Under the pieces are notes generated by a model. That model saw nothing but the letters and a program-made list of their open reading frames with translations. It was not told the origin of the DNA and made no database searches. Source: Acaryochloris thomasi RCC1774 (GTDB taxonomy: Bacteria; Cyanobacteriota; Cyanobacteriia; Thermosynechococcales; Thermosynechococcaceae). From it: a stretch of 32,000 nt of DNA. The stretch lies in assembly GCF_003231495.1 (NCBI RefSeq), contig NZ_PQWO01000005.1, positions 240,001-272,000 of the forward strand, written 5' to 3'. Both the position numbers and the translations under genes were made by a program. Positions 9,524 to 17,386 of the stretch are shown here, one piece after another. The number at the start of each line of letters is the position of its first letter. Position 1 is the stretch's first letter.

Positions 9524-10804
9524 TCAAGTTCCGTTAGGCTGAGCGCGCTGACCAATATCGCGTCGGTAATAGCTCTCTTGAAACTGAATGGGTGATAGCG
9601 CTTTGTAGGATTTCTGAAGGGCATCCTCGAAGGTTTTTCCTACAGCGGTGACGGCCAATACTCTGCCGCCGCTGGTGATCAAGGTCTGCTCTTGTAGCTG
9701 AGTGCCTGCATGAAAGACGACTGCTCCGGTGGCTTCGGCTTCATCTAATCCTGTGATCGGGTAGTGCTTTTGGTAGGGACCTGGATAGCCTCCGGAGGCC
9801 ATGACAACACAGGCTGCAAATCCTATTTTCCATTCAATTTTGGGCATCTGAGCGAGCTTTTGCTCTGCGCAGGCGTTTAATAAGTCTGCAAGGGGCGTCT
9901 CTAAAAGTGGCAGGACTGCTTGTGTCTCTGGATCTCCGAATCGGCAGTTGAACTCAATCACCTTTGGCTGACCGTCAGGCGTAATGATTAAACCGGCATA
10001 TAGTACGCCGCGATAGTCGATCTGACGGCTTTTGAGGGCCTCAAGCGTTGGCTCTAGAACATCGGATTTAATTTGCTGAAGCAGTGACTCTGTGACCCAA
10101 GGGACGGGGGCATAGGCTCCCATTCCGCCTGTGTTGGGGCCGGTGTCACCTTCGCCAATAGGCTTGTGGTCTTGAGCTGGGAGGAGCGGTCGGATGGTTT
10201 GCCCATCAGTGAGGGCAAGAACGGAGACTTCTTGTCCGGTTAGGTACTCTTCGATCAGGATCTGAGATTCTGGCCCGAATTTCCCGGCAAAGACTTCGTT
10301 GATGGCGTCTAGAGCTGCTTCTAGAGTTAGGGCAACGGTGACGCCTTTTCCGGCGGCAAGACCATCGGCTTTAACGACAATGGGTGCGCCCTGTTCTTTG
10401 ACGTAGGCTGTGGCTGATGCTGCATCTGTGAAGGTGGCAGCTTTTGCGGTGGGGATGCCCGCCGATTCCATGAGGGCTTTGGCCCAGGATTTGCTGGACT
10501 CAATTTGGGCACCGGCTTGAGTGGGACCGAAGACGGCGATGCCTTGTTCATGCAAGGTGTCAGTGAGACCTGCCGCGAGGGGGAGTTCGGGACCAATGAC
10601 GACTAGGGCGATGTTTTTCTGTTTGGTGAAAGTTGCGATCGCATCAAAATCATCTGCATCAAGCGTCAAGTTCTCACAGTTTTTCAGCGCTGCCGTGCCA
10701 CCATTACCGGGAAGGCAGAACACCTGGTTAACCCTCGACGACTGCAGTAGCTTCCAGGCCAATGCATGTTCTCGACCGCCGCTGCCGACCACTAAAATCT
10801 TCAC
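9524..10804 (-). CDS. purD: Phosphoribosylamine-glycine ligase
   Basis: 'MKILVVGSGGREHALAWKL', 'VVKADGLAAGKGV' and 'EFNCRFGDPE' are PurD/ATP-grasp signatures. 426 aa. Confidence 0.95.
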   Translation of the reverse strand: MKILVVGSGGREHALAWKLLQSSRVNQVFCLPGNGGTAALKNCENLTLDADDFDAIATFTKQKNIALVVIGPELPLAAGLTDTLHEQGIAVFGPTQAGAQIESSKSWAKALMESAGIPTAKAATFTDAASATAYVKEQGAPIVVKADGLAAGKGVTVALTLEAALDAINEVFAGKFGPESQILIEEYLTGQEVSVLALTDGQTIRPLLPAQDHKPIGEGDTGPNTGGMGAYAPVPWVTESLLQQIKSDVLEPTLEALKSRQIDYRGVLYAGLIITPDGQPKVIEFNCRFGDPETQAVLPLLETPLADLLNACAEQKLAQMPKIEWKIGFAACVVMASGGYPGPYQKHYPITGLDEAEATGAVVFHAGTQLQEQTLITSGGRVLAVTAVGKTFEDALQKSYKALSPIQFQESYYRRDIGQRAQPNGT

Positions 10805-10963
10805 AAAACGCTCTCAATTGACGGTAAGACGGATTTCCTTCCTTTCTGGGGAGGAAATTGCCAAAATTGTGTAATGTAGAATACAAGTTGATTTTTGAAG
10901 ATCAGCCCATACTACTAAGCATAATCAAATCATATCTTTTATCCCCGTGGGGTTCGGAGGACA

Positions 10964-11800
10964 ATGTCTCTCTTCACCGGTTGTGCGCAATCGTTCCAGA
11001 AAATCGTGCGTCCCTGCCTTTTAGGCATTCCAATTGTTCTGTTAACAGCAGTTGTCGCGCGGCAATCCAGTCAGGTTCGTCACAGCTCAATACCAGACAG
11101 CCACAGCACTGAAGAGCATCAGCATCATGAGGCTGCTCATCAAGGCACCGGAGACATTCCCCACGAATTATCTTACGAGTTTTCTAAGCGCAATCATCCC
11201 CTTCTGTCTTTGCCGCCGAACCTTAAGCTAGAGCCAGCACTGCAGGAAATGATTCAGCAAACCGCAGCCCGTGAAGCAGCTCACCCCCGCGGAGTACCCG
11301 TTTTCAAGGCCGGTATCTCTGCCGAGTTTGGGATGCGACGCAACCCTTTCGGTAAAGGGCTGCACTTCCATGAGGGAATTGATCTGGTTCGCCCTCACGG
11401 AACGCCCGTTTATTCCACTGCCGATGGCATGGTGAAGCGCGCCAAGTCTTCTCGCATTAATGGCAACTATGTCGTCGTTGATCATGGCTACGGCAATAAA
11501 ACCCTCTATGCTCATCTGAGTCGGTATGTTGTCGCCCGCAATATGAAAGTCAAGCGCGGTCAGCTATTGGGGTATATCGGCAGTACGGGACGCTCCACTG
11601 GGCCCCACCTGCATTATGGTCTCTATCATCAAAACGAGCCAATCAACCCCTACGCCTATATGTACGATCTGCAGCCTACGCTGGCCGATGCCACCTACGC
11701 TTGCGGACGGTTTGTGCCTAAGAGCGTTGGGTCTGATTCTGTTCGATTGGCGCTCAGTCGAACCTGCACTCAGCCCGATATTCAGTCGCAGTTCGATTAA
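10964..11800 (+). CDS. M23 (LytM-type) metallopeptidase with N-terminal signal/anchor
   Basis: The HxxxD motif is 'FHEGIDL' and the HxH motif is 'GPHLHYGL'. 'GYIGSTGRSTGPHLH' is also present. The N-terminus is hydrophobic (LLGIPIVLLTAVVA). Confidence 0.9.
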   Translation: MSLFTGCAQSFQKIVRPCLLGIPIVLLTAVVARQSSQVRHSSIPDSHSTEEHQHHEAAHQGTGDIPHELSYEFSKRNHPLLSLPPNLKLEPALQEMIQQTAAREAAHPRGVPVFKAGISAEFGMRRNPFGKGLHFHEGIDLVRPHGTPVYSTADGMVKRAKSSRINGNYVVVDHGYGNKTLYAHLSRYVVARNMKVKRGQLLGYIGSTGRSTGPHLHYGLYHQNEPINPYAYMYDLQPTLADATYACGRFVPKSVGSDSVRLALSRTCTQPDIQSQFD

Positions 11801-11811
11801 TTGACGTAGGT

Positions 11812-13539
11812 TTGTTGCCCCGATTGCGCGTTTATAAAGCCTTAAGCTACATGGCTTGCGCCCTAGCTCTAGGGTCGCTCGTTTCGCTCGATGCTGCTGT
11901 CGCGCAGTCTACGCACAGTCAGCAAGGTATGGTGGCGTCTGCCCATCCGCTCGCGAGTCAGGCGGGTTTGTCGATGCTGCAACAGGGGGGGAACGCCGTT
12001 GATGCAGCTGTTGCAACGACATTAGCAATTTCAGTGGTGGAACCGTTCTCTGCCGGAATCGGGGGCGGCGGTTTTTTGCTGCTGCGATTGGCTGAGACGA
12101 ACGAGATTAGGGCGTTAGACTTTCGGGAAAAGGCTCCGCTCCAAGCAAACCGCGATCTTTATCTCGATCCTGAAGGACAGGTGCAGCCAGGAGCTAGCAC
12201 CAATGGTCATCTTGCGGTTGCTGTTCCTGGTACTGTCGCTGGGTTGTTTGAGATTCATCAAAAGTACGGAACGCTGTCCTGGTCGCAGGTGGTACGGCCT
12301 TCTATCTTCTTGGCTTCACAGGGGTTTACCGTTAGCAGTCGCCTCTCAAAAGCGATTCAGCGTCGCCAAGAGACCTTCCGTAAAAATCCGGCGGCGCGTC
12401 AGATTTTTCTGCCTCAGGATCAAGTCCCCCAAGCGGGTGATTTGTTGGTGCAGCGAGATTTGGCGCAAACGCTGAGATCGCTAGGGAAAGATCCGCAGAG
12501 CTTTTATACGGGCAAGATTGCGATGAACATTGCGGAGGATATGTCTCGCAACGGTGGCCTCGTGACGCTCAAAGATTTGAAATCCTATCGACCCACCTGG
12601 CGTGATCCTGTCTGTGGTCTATTCCAGCAGGCTCGAGTGTGCTCAATGCCCCCACCTTCTTCTGGTGGTGTTCATTTGTTGCAAATGTTGCAGATGGTCG
12701 AGAATCAAGATTTTCAGGATCGCTGGCATCATCCAGATATTCTGCATGTTTTGATAGAGGCGATGAAGATTGCCTATGCTGACCGAGCGACCTATCTCGG
12801 TGATCCTGATTTTGTCTCAGTGCCGACGGCGGAGTTGACGAGTCCAGCCTATACCCACCGGCGGCGACAAGAAATCCAGCTTCAGCGGGCGCGTTCAGCC
12901 TCTGAGGTCAAGGCTGCTGACCCTAGGGTTCTCGATTCGATTCGCCAGCAACAAGAGTCTAATGATACGAGCCATCTAACGGTCGTCGATAAAGATCGCA
13001 ATGCCGTTAGCCTCACGTTTACGATCAATCTTGGGTTTGGGGCGGGCGTTGTGGCTGAGGGGACCGGGATTGTTCTCAATAATGAGATGGATGATTTCGC
13101 GGCTGCTCCTGGAATTCCCAACGCTTTTGGACTGGTGGGGGGGGAGGCAAATGCGATCGCACCGGGTAAAATCCCGCTCTCTAGCATGACTCCAACCATT
13201 GTCACCGAGGGGGGCAAGCTCCGGTTGGCTGCCGGTGCTCCAGGCGGCAGCACCATTATCACGACGGTCCTGCAAATCTTGCTGAATGTGCTGGTGTATG
13301 GCCAAGATGCAGAGCAGGCGGTCACCTCGCCGAGACTGCATCACCAGTGGCGACCGGAAGCGCTGATGATAGAGCGTTGGGGCTTTGATTATGCCACGGT
13401 GCAGGACTTGCAGGACCGAGGCCACTCAATTCGCATGGGCTCAGGGTGGGGCAATGCCAATCTAATTTTGGTCAAGCCAGATGGCAGTTTAGAAGGTGCT
13501 GCAGATCCGAGAGGGGAAGGGACAGCATTTGGTCATTAA
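11812..13539 (+). CDS. ggt: Gamma-glutamyltranspeptidase
   Basis: The autoprocessing and catalytic Thr context is 'NDTSHLTVVDKDRNAVSLTFTIN'. 'PPSSGG' and 'GAPGGSTIITTVLQ' are also present, as is a signal-like N-terminus. The track start at 11812 is TTG. The Met in 'SYMACALALG' is an alternative start. Confidence 0.92.
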   Translation: MLPRLRVYKALSYMACALALGSLVSLDAAVAQSTHSQQGMVASAHPLASQAGLSMLQQGGNAVDAAVATTLAISVVEPFSAGIGGGGFLLLRLAETNEIRALDFREKAPLQANRDLYLDPEGQVQPGASTNGHLAVAVPGTVAGLFEIHQKYGTLSWSQVVRPSIFLASQGFTVSSRLSKAIQRRQETFRKNPAARQIFLPQDQVPQAGDLLVQRDLAQTLRSLGKDPQSFYTGKIAMNIAEDMSRNGGLVTLKDLKSYRPTWRDPVCGLFQQARVCSMPPPSSGGVHLLQMLQMVENQDFQDRWHHPDILHVLIEAMKIAYADRATYLGDPDFVSVPTAELTSPAYTHRRRQEIQLQRARSASEVKAADPRVLDSIRQQQESNDTSHLTVVDKDRNAVSLTFTINLGFGAGVVAEGTGIVLNNEMDDFAAAPGIPNAFGLVGGEANAIAPGKIPLSSMTPTIVTEGGKLRLAAGAPGGSTIITTVLQILLNVLVYGQDAEQAVTSPRLHHQWRPEALMIERWGFDYATVQDLQDRGHSIRMGSGWGNANLILVKPDGSLEGAADPRGEGTAFGH

Positions 13540-13559
13540 TGTATAAATACGGCAGCTTT

Positions 13560-15323
13560 CTATTGTATAAACGGCTGGAGATCAAAGCTGTATAACGCTC
13601 CGTGTTGACCAGACCAAGTCGCCGCAATTAGCTGAGATTGATGGGATGCGATCTCACTCACAACGTCTTGATTGCCCACAGGTAAATTCAGGTGTCTGAG
13701 CAAATCTCCTGACTCGTTAATTAAGGCAACGCCCCCCGTTTGATTTGCCAATAAATAGCCCCAAGGCGTCGCAACACCAAAGGTCGGAGACAGCGGTAGA
13801 GCAATCTGCTTGATCCGCAGCGGGTTGAGGGTGATCCAAAAACTGGCCTCAGCCGCTAGGGCCAAAACTTGATAGGGATGCGTCTGACTTTGAATTAGCT
13901 GGTGTATTGGTCGAGGCAGTCGGCAATAGTCAAACGTATTGCCTCGGCGGTTGAATAGCCGCAAGCACACCCCTTGAGCTTCAGGAATTGCCATGATGCC
14001 ACGGCGATCATCCAGCGTTAGCCAGTGAGTTGGCGATCCGGCCACGCTGCATCGGGGCTGCAGCGTTGGTAAGCGCAGAATCTGGCATTGGCCCCCTAGA
14101 CGACTGCTTTCAGTCGCGACCCCCAACCATTCTCCGCCCGATTCGACTGTCATCTTTAATGATTCAGACTGCCAAGTGCCTAAAGTGTGAACGGAGCTGT
14201 CTTGAGCTGCCTCATTTTCAGACGCTTTGGGTCGCCAGCAGAGTGCGTGAGCAGTGGCTCGCTGTGTTCTAATAAAAAGTCCCTGGGGGCTGCTCCACAT
14301 TTGCATAACCCGTCCCTGAGTTATGGGGTACTGTGTGGGTTCATCAAAGCCTGCGGGTGTAATGGATTGGCAAGTAACCTGTGAATCTAGGCCACAGTAG
14401 AGTTGATCCGCATCTGTTGCGAGGGCCAAAACAGTCGCAGCTAAAGCTGTTGTATGCAGGACCGGCAGTTCTGAAGGTGGTGAAATTGGAGTGGGGCGTT
14501 CTTCCGCCGCCGCTGCTAGGCGGAGAAGCTTCAGCATTGACTGGGCAGAGTCGAAGCGTTTCTGAGGTAGCTTTTGCGTCGCTTGTCGAATAATATCGCT
14601 TACAACCGTCGGGATGGTGTCAGGAATCTCGAGGAATTGATTGAGATGGGCCGTCATCAGATCGCCCGGCGTGCCGGAAAAGGGACGATGTCCGAGCACT
14701 AGCTCATAGAGCAGTACGCCCGCGGCATAAAAATCGGAGGCTGGAGAGTAGCTGCTGTAAAATCGCTCGGGAGCCATGTAGGCTGGGGAGCCGGTGTCGC
14801 CTCGTCGAGTTTCAGAGTCTGGTTCAGCCAGCAGTCGAGCGACGCCAAAGTCAGAGAGATGAGCCATCCAGCCAGTGGCCGTCAACGTCAGCAAGACATT
14901 CTCTGGTTTCAGGTCGCAATGGACAATTCCGCGTTGATGGGCATGGGCAAGACCCTCTACGACGTCAATCACAAGCTGAAGAGATTGTTTGAGATTTAGT
15001 TGCCCAGGCGTATCGATGAGCTGTCGCAGCGTTCCACCTTCACAGTAGTCCATGACCAGGTAGCGACCCGACTTACTGTATTCGAGAGTATGAAACGCAA
15101 CGATGTTTGGGTGCTGCAAGCTCGCCAGCAGGTTGAGTTCATGCAGGAATCGTGGTGTTGTTAACCGGCTATTATCTAGCTGCTTGAGCGCGACAATCTT
15201 TCCTGTCTGGCGGTGGATGCCGCAGAACACTCGACCAAATTGGCCTTGGCCGATGGGTCCTAAAACGCGATATTTTGGACCGGCAATATTTTTATCTATG
15301 GTGCCTAGCGGGCAAGTTTTCAT
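13560..15323 (-). CDS. spkG: Hanks-type Ser/Thr protein kinase with a C-terminal domain of about 300 aa and unknown function. It occupies the position of Synechocystis slr0152 (SpkG).
   Basis: The Gly loop is 'GQGQFGRV' and the Lys motif is 'VALKQL'. The catalytic loop is 'HCDLKPENVL', followed by 'SDFG' and 'SPAYMAPE'. The orthology call rests on synteny as the last gene of the pap-like operon, not on a search. Confidence 0.85.
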   Translation of the reverse strand: MKTCPLGTIDKNIAGPKYRVLGPIGQGQFGRVFCGIHRQTGKIVALKQLDNSRLTTPRFLHELNLLASLQHPNIVAFHTLEYSKSGRYLVMDYCEGGTLRQLIDTPGQLNLKQSLQLVIDVVEGLAHAHQRGIVHCDLKPENVLLTLTATGWMAHLSDFGVARLLAEPDSETRRGDTGSPAYMAPERFYSSYSPASDFYAAGVLLYELVLGHRPFSGTPGDLMTAHLNQFLEIPDTIPTVVSDIIRQATQKLPQKRFDSAQSMLKLLRLAAAAEERPTPISPPSELPVLHTTALAATVLALATDADQLYCGLDSQVTCQSITPAGFDEPTQYPITQGRVMQMWSSPQGLFIRTQRATAHALCWRPKASENEAAQDSSVHTLGTWQSESLKMTVESGGEWLGVATESSRLGGQCQILRLPTLQPRCSVAGSPTHWLTLDDRRGIMAIPEAQGVCLRLFNRRGNTFDYCRLPRPIHQLIQSQTHPYQVLALAAEASFWITLNPLRIKQIALPLSPTFGVATPWGYLLANQTGGVALINESGDLLRHLNLPVGNQDVVSEIASHQSQLIAATWSGQHGALYSFDLQPFIQ

Positions 15324-15371
15324 TATTCAGGTTTGAGTTGATTCGTTGCCCGCTAGAGCAAGGTCTGCGGC

Positions 15372-16313
15372 TTAATCGAACAAGCTACCAATCACGAGGG
15401 GCTCGTCGCTCTGACTTTCAGATGGCGCTTCGGGCTCCATCTCAACGGCGGCAGGCGCGAGTTCATGCTGCTCTTGGCTCAAGCTCATGGCTTCATCATA
15501 ATGCTCTAAATCACCTGCTTCAAAGTAAAGCTTAGCGGCGATGCGCAAATCGGCCACGGCGTGCTTCTTCTCGTCAATTGTGCCTCGCAGTGCACCCCGC
15601 TGAAAATAAGCGTCTGCATAGTCGGGATCTAGGGCAATGGCTTGGGAGTAATCGTCAATGGCAATGCGCTGGTCGTCTAGGCGACAAAGGCTTCCTCTGA
15701 CCAATCCCCTGCGATAGTAAAGGGTTGCATCTCTGGGCGTCGCGCGGATGATTTGGGTAAATAAATCAATTTGGTGGAGCTGCTCTAAAGCAGTGGCTAG
15801 GCTCTGTTCTTTCTCTCTGAGACTATCAGAGTCTGCCTGCAGTTCTTCCGTTTTCTTGACCAGTGCGACTTCGTGCTCTTCGAGGATCTCTAGCTTTTCG
15901 TTCATGGTCTCCAACGCGTTTTGTTGGGCCTGATTTTGCTTGGTGATGGCTTCGATGCTGAGCTGTTTGTCTTCGTCCTGCTGGGTAAGCGTTGCGATCG
16001 CATCTTTACGCTTTTGACCGTTTTGAGTCAGGGTTTCAATCTGAGCCTTCCGTTCTTGATCCTGCTGTGAGATCTGGGCAATCATCAGTTGACGCACCTG
16101 CCCCGCAGACTCAGTGAGACGGCGGCGGTTTGCCAAATGAAGCGTGGCCGTGAGCGACAGCGGAATGGACGCAAAGACGACTTGGTTGGTCACTGCCGAG
16201 GCAATGGCGCCACCCACAGAGCCCACCACTGAGATCATCTCGACATGGTTAAGCCAGTGGGACCGTTTGGCCTCTGCTTGAGCATTCAATAGGTGTTGCA
16301 TAATCTTGTTCAA
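15372..16313 (-). CDS. Membrane-anchored coiled-coil/TPR protein (slr0151-like position)
   Basis: 313 aa. A hydrophobic stretch spans aa 25-60 (ISVVGSVGGAIASAVTNQVVFASIPLSL). A Gln-rich coiled coil with units of about 14 aa spans aa 83-180. TPR-like repeats span aa 193-275 ('AIALDPDYADAYFQRG'). The tail is acidic. Confidence 0.85.
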   Translation of the reverse strand: MNKIMQHLLNAQAEAKRSHWLNHVEMISVVGSVGGAIASAVTNQVVFASIPLSLTATLHLANRRRLTESAGQVRQLMIAQISQQDQERKAQIETLTQNGQKRKDAIATLTQQDEDKQLSIEAITKQNQAQQNALETMNEKLEILEEHEVALVKKTEELQADSDSLREKEQSLATALEQLHQIDLFTQIIRATPRDATLYYRRGLVRGSLCRLDDQRIAIDDYSQAIALDPDYADAYFQRGALRGTIDEKKHAVADLRIAAKLYFEAGDLEHYDEAMSLSQEQHELAPAAVEMEPEAPSESQSDEPLVIGSLFD

Positions 16314-16337
16314 TCCCTTGAAAAGTTGATAAAGGTT

Positions 16338-16805
16338 TTAGCTCAACAGCGCTTGGCTGAGCTGGAGGGCTGGCGTCATTTGCTTAGCTTCTTCTGGTGT
16401 GAGCTGTTGCTCCATGACCTTGGGCGTCACTTGGCTCACGATTTGTGAGGTCTGCTGGTCTTGGAAAGCGTTGATGAGGGTGCGTTGCCAGAGCAGCATG
16501 CTGTCCCGCAGGCGGTCGAGGTCGCTAACCAGCATGGCGGCGGCAGAGCTTTTGAGCAGATGTTTGCGATCGCGACGGCAGGTTTCGACCATGTCCCGAG
16601 TGCCCTTATGGAAAACGCGGGCATTCTTTTCCAAAGCCTTCTCCTCGATCTGATCCATGATCTGCTCTTCAGCATCCCGAATCTTTTCGTAGGCGCTGAT
16701 GCGATGATCGGCAGACTCTAGATAGTCCTTGATAAACTGGAGTTCTGTAGCGGTGGCAAAGCGTCCATCTGCATCCAGACTGACCCGTGCAAGTTGTGTC
16801 AACAT
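16338..16805 (-). CDS. Phycobiliprotein-fold (PF00502-like) protein, not a canonical phycobilisome subunit (slr0149-like position)
   Basis: 155 aa. 'DADGRFATATELQFIKDYLESADHRISAYEKI' aligns by eye with allophycocyanin alpha '[32 protein letters not shown]'. 'ETCRRD' aligns with the chromophore-Cys motif 'TCLRD'. Confidence 0.8.
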   Translation of the reverse strand: MLTQLARVSLDADGRFATATELQFIKDYLESADHRISAYEKIRDAEEQIMDQIEEKALEKNARVFHKGTRDMVETCRRDRKHLLKSSAAAMLVSDLDRLRDSMLLWQRTLINAFQDQQTSQIVSQVTPKVMEQQLTPEEAKQMTPALQLSQALLS

Positions 16806-16834
16806 AATTCAAGATCCCCTTACGAATGTGGTGC

Positions 16835-17317
16835 CTATACGGCTTGTGACTGATTAAGATACTGCGAGACTTCAGAGCGCGTATCTTCAAGCTGGCTAAT
16901 CATTGACCGCGTGATCAATTTGCCTTCCTCTACTAAGACCTGACCATTGAGCGGATGGAGAATATTTTGTTCAGCCCGTCGGCCAATCAAATCTTCGACA
17001 TCAGCCATATCGCTGAGGTACATCCCCGACGGTAGCTCGATGACCACGCCTTCGCCCAGAACGCGTGTTTGGCAGGCGAGACGTGACATGCGATTGCAGG
17101 TGGTGATCACCTCTAAAGATCGCTGCTCACGACGGTTCATGGGCGACAAGCTCTCCATGCCGTCTTTGATGTAGACGTGACAGGTGGCGCACATGCCACG
17201 GCCCCCGCATTCATGCAGCACCTTGAGATCGTGCTGCAATAACCCCGACAACAAATTATCGTTCGTTGCGATTGCGGTCTCCTGATTGATAGGGTCCAGC
17301 TTGACAAGCTTCGCCAC
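16835..17317 (-). CDS. 2Fe-2S ferredoxin with a C-terminal extension of about 60 aa (slr0148/Fed5-like position)
   Basis: 160 aa. The Cys ligand pattern is C37-x5-C43-x2-C46...C82 ('ECGGRGMCATCHV' ... 'LACQ'), which is adrenodoxin-like spacing. The extension covers aa 100-160. Confidence 0.88.
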   Translation of the reverse strand: MAKLVKLDPINQETAIATNDNLLSGLLQHDLKVLHECGGRGMCATCHVYIKDGMESLSPMNRREQRSLEVITTCNRMSRLACQTRVLGEGVVIELPSGMYLSDMADVEDLIGRRAEQNILHPLNGQVLVEEGKLITRSMISQLEDTRSEVSQYLNQSQAV

Positions 17318-17386
17318 CTTAGATGCTCCTTTTACATGAGTAGTGAGTGAAAGAGGCCCTTGATGGGCCTTTAGACGGGTTTAACC

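Noticed and set aside
12882-13425. Minus-strand ORFs of 147 and 149 aa inside ggt
   Set aside because: They are antisense to a gene with clear GGT catalytic motifs. They are Arg/Pro/Ser-rich low-complexity translations typical of antisense frames in GC-rich coding DNA.
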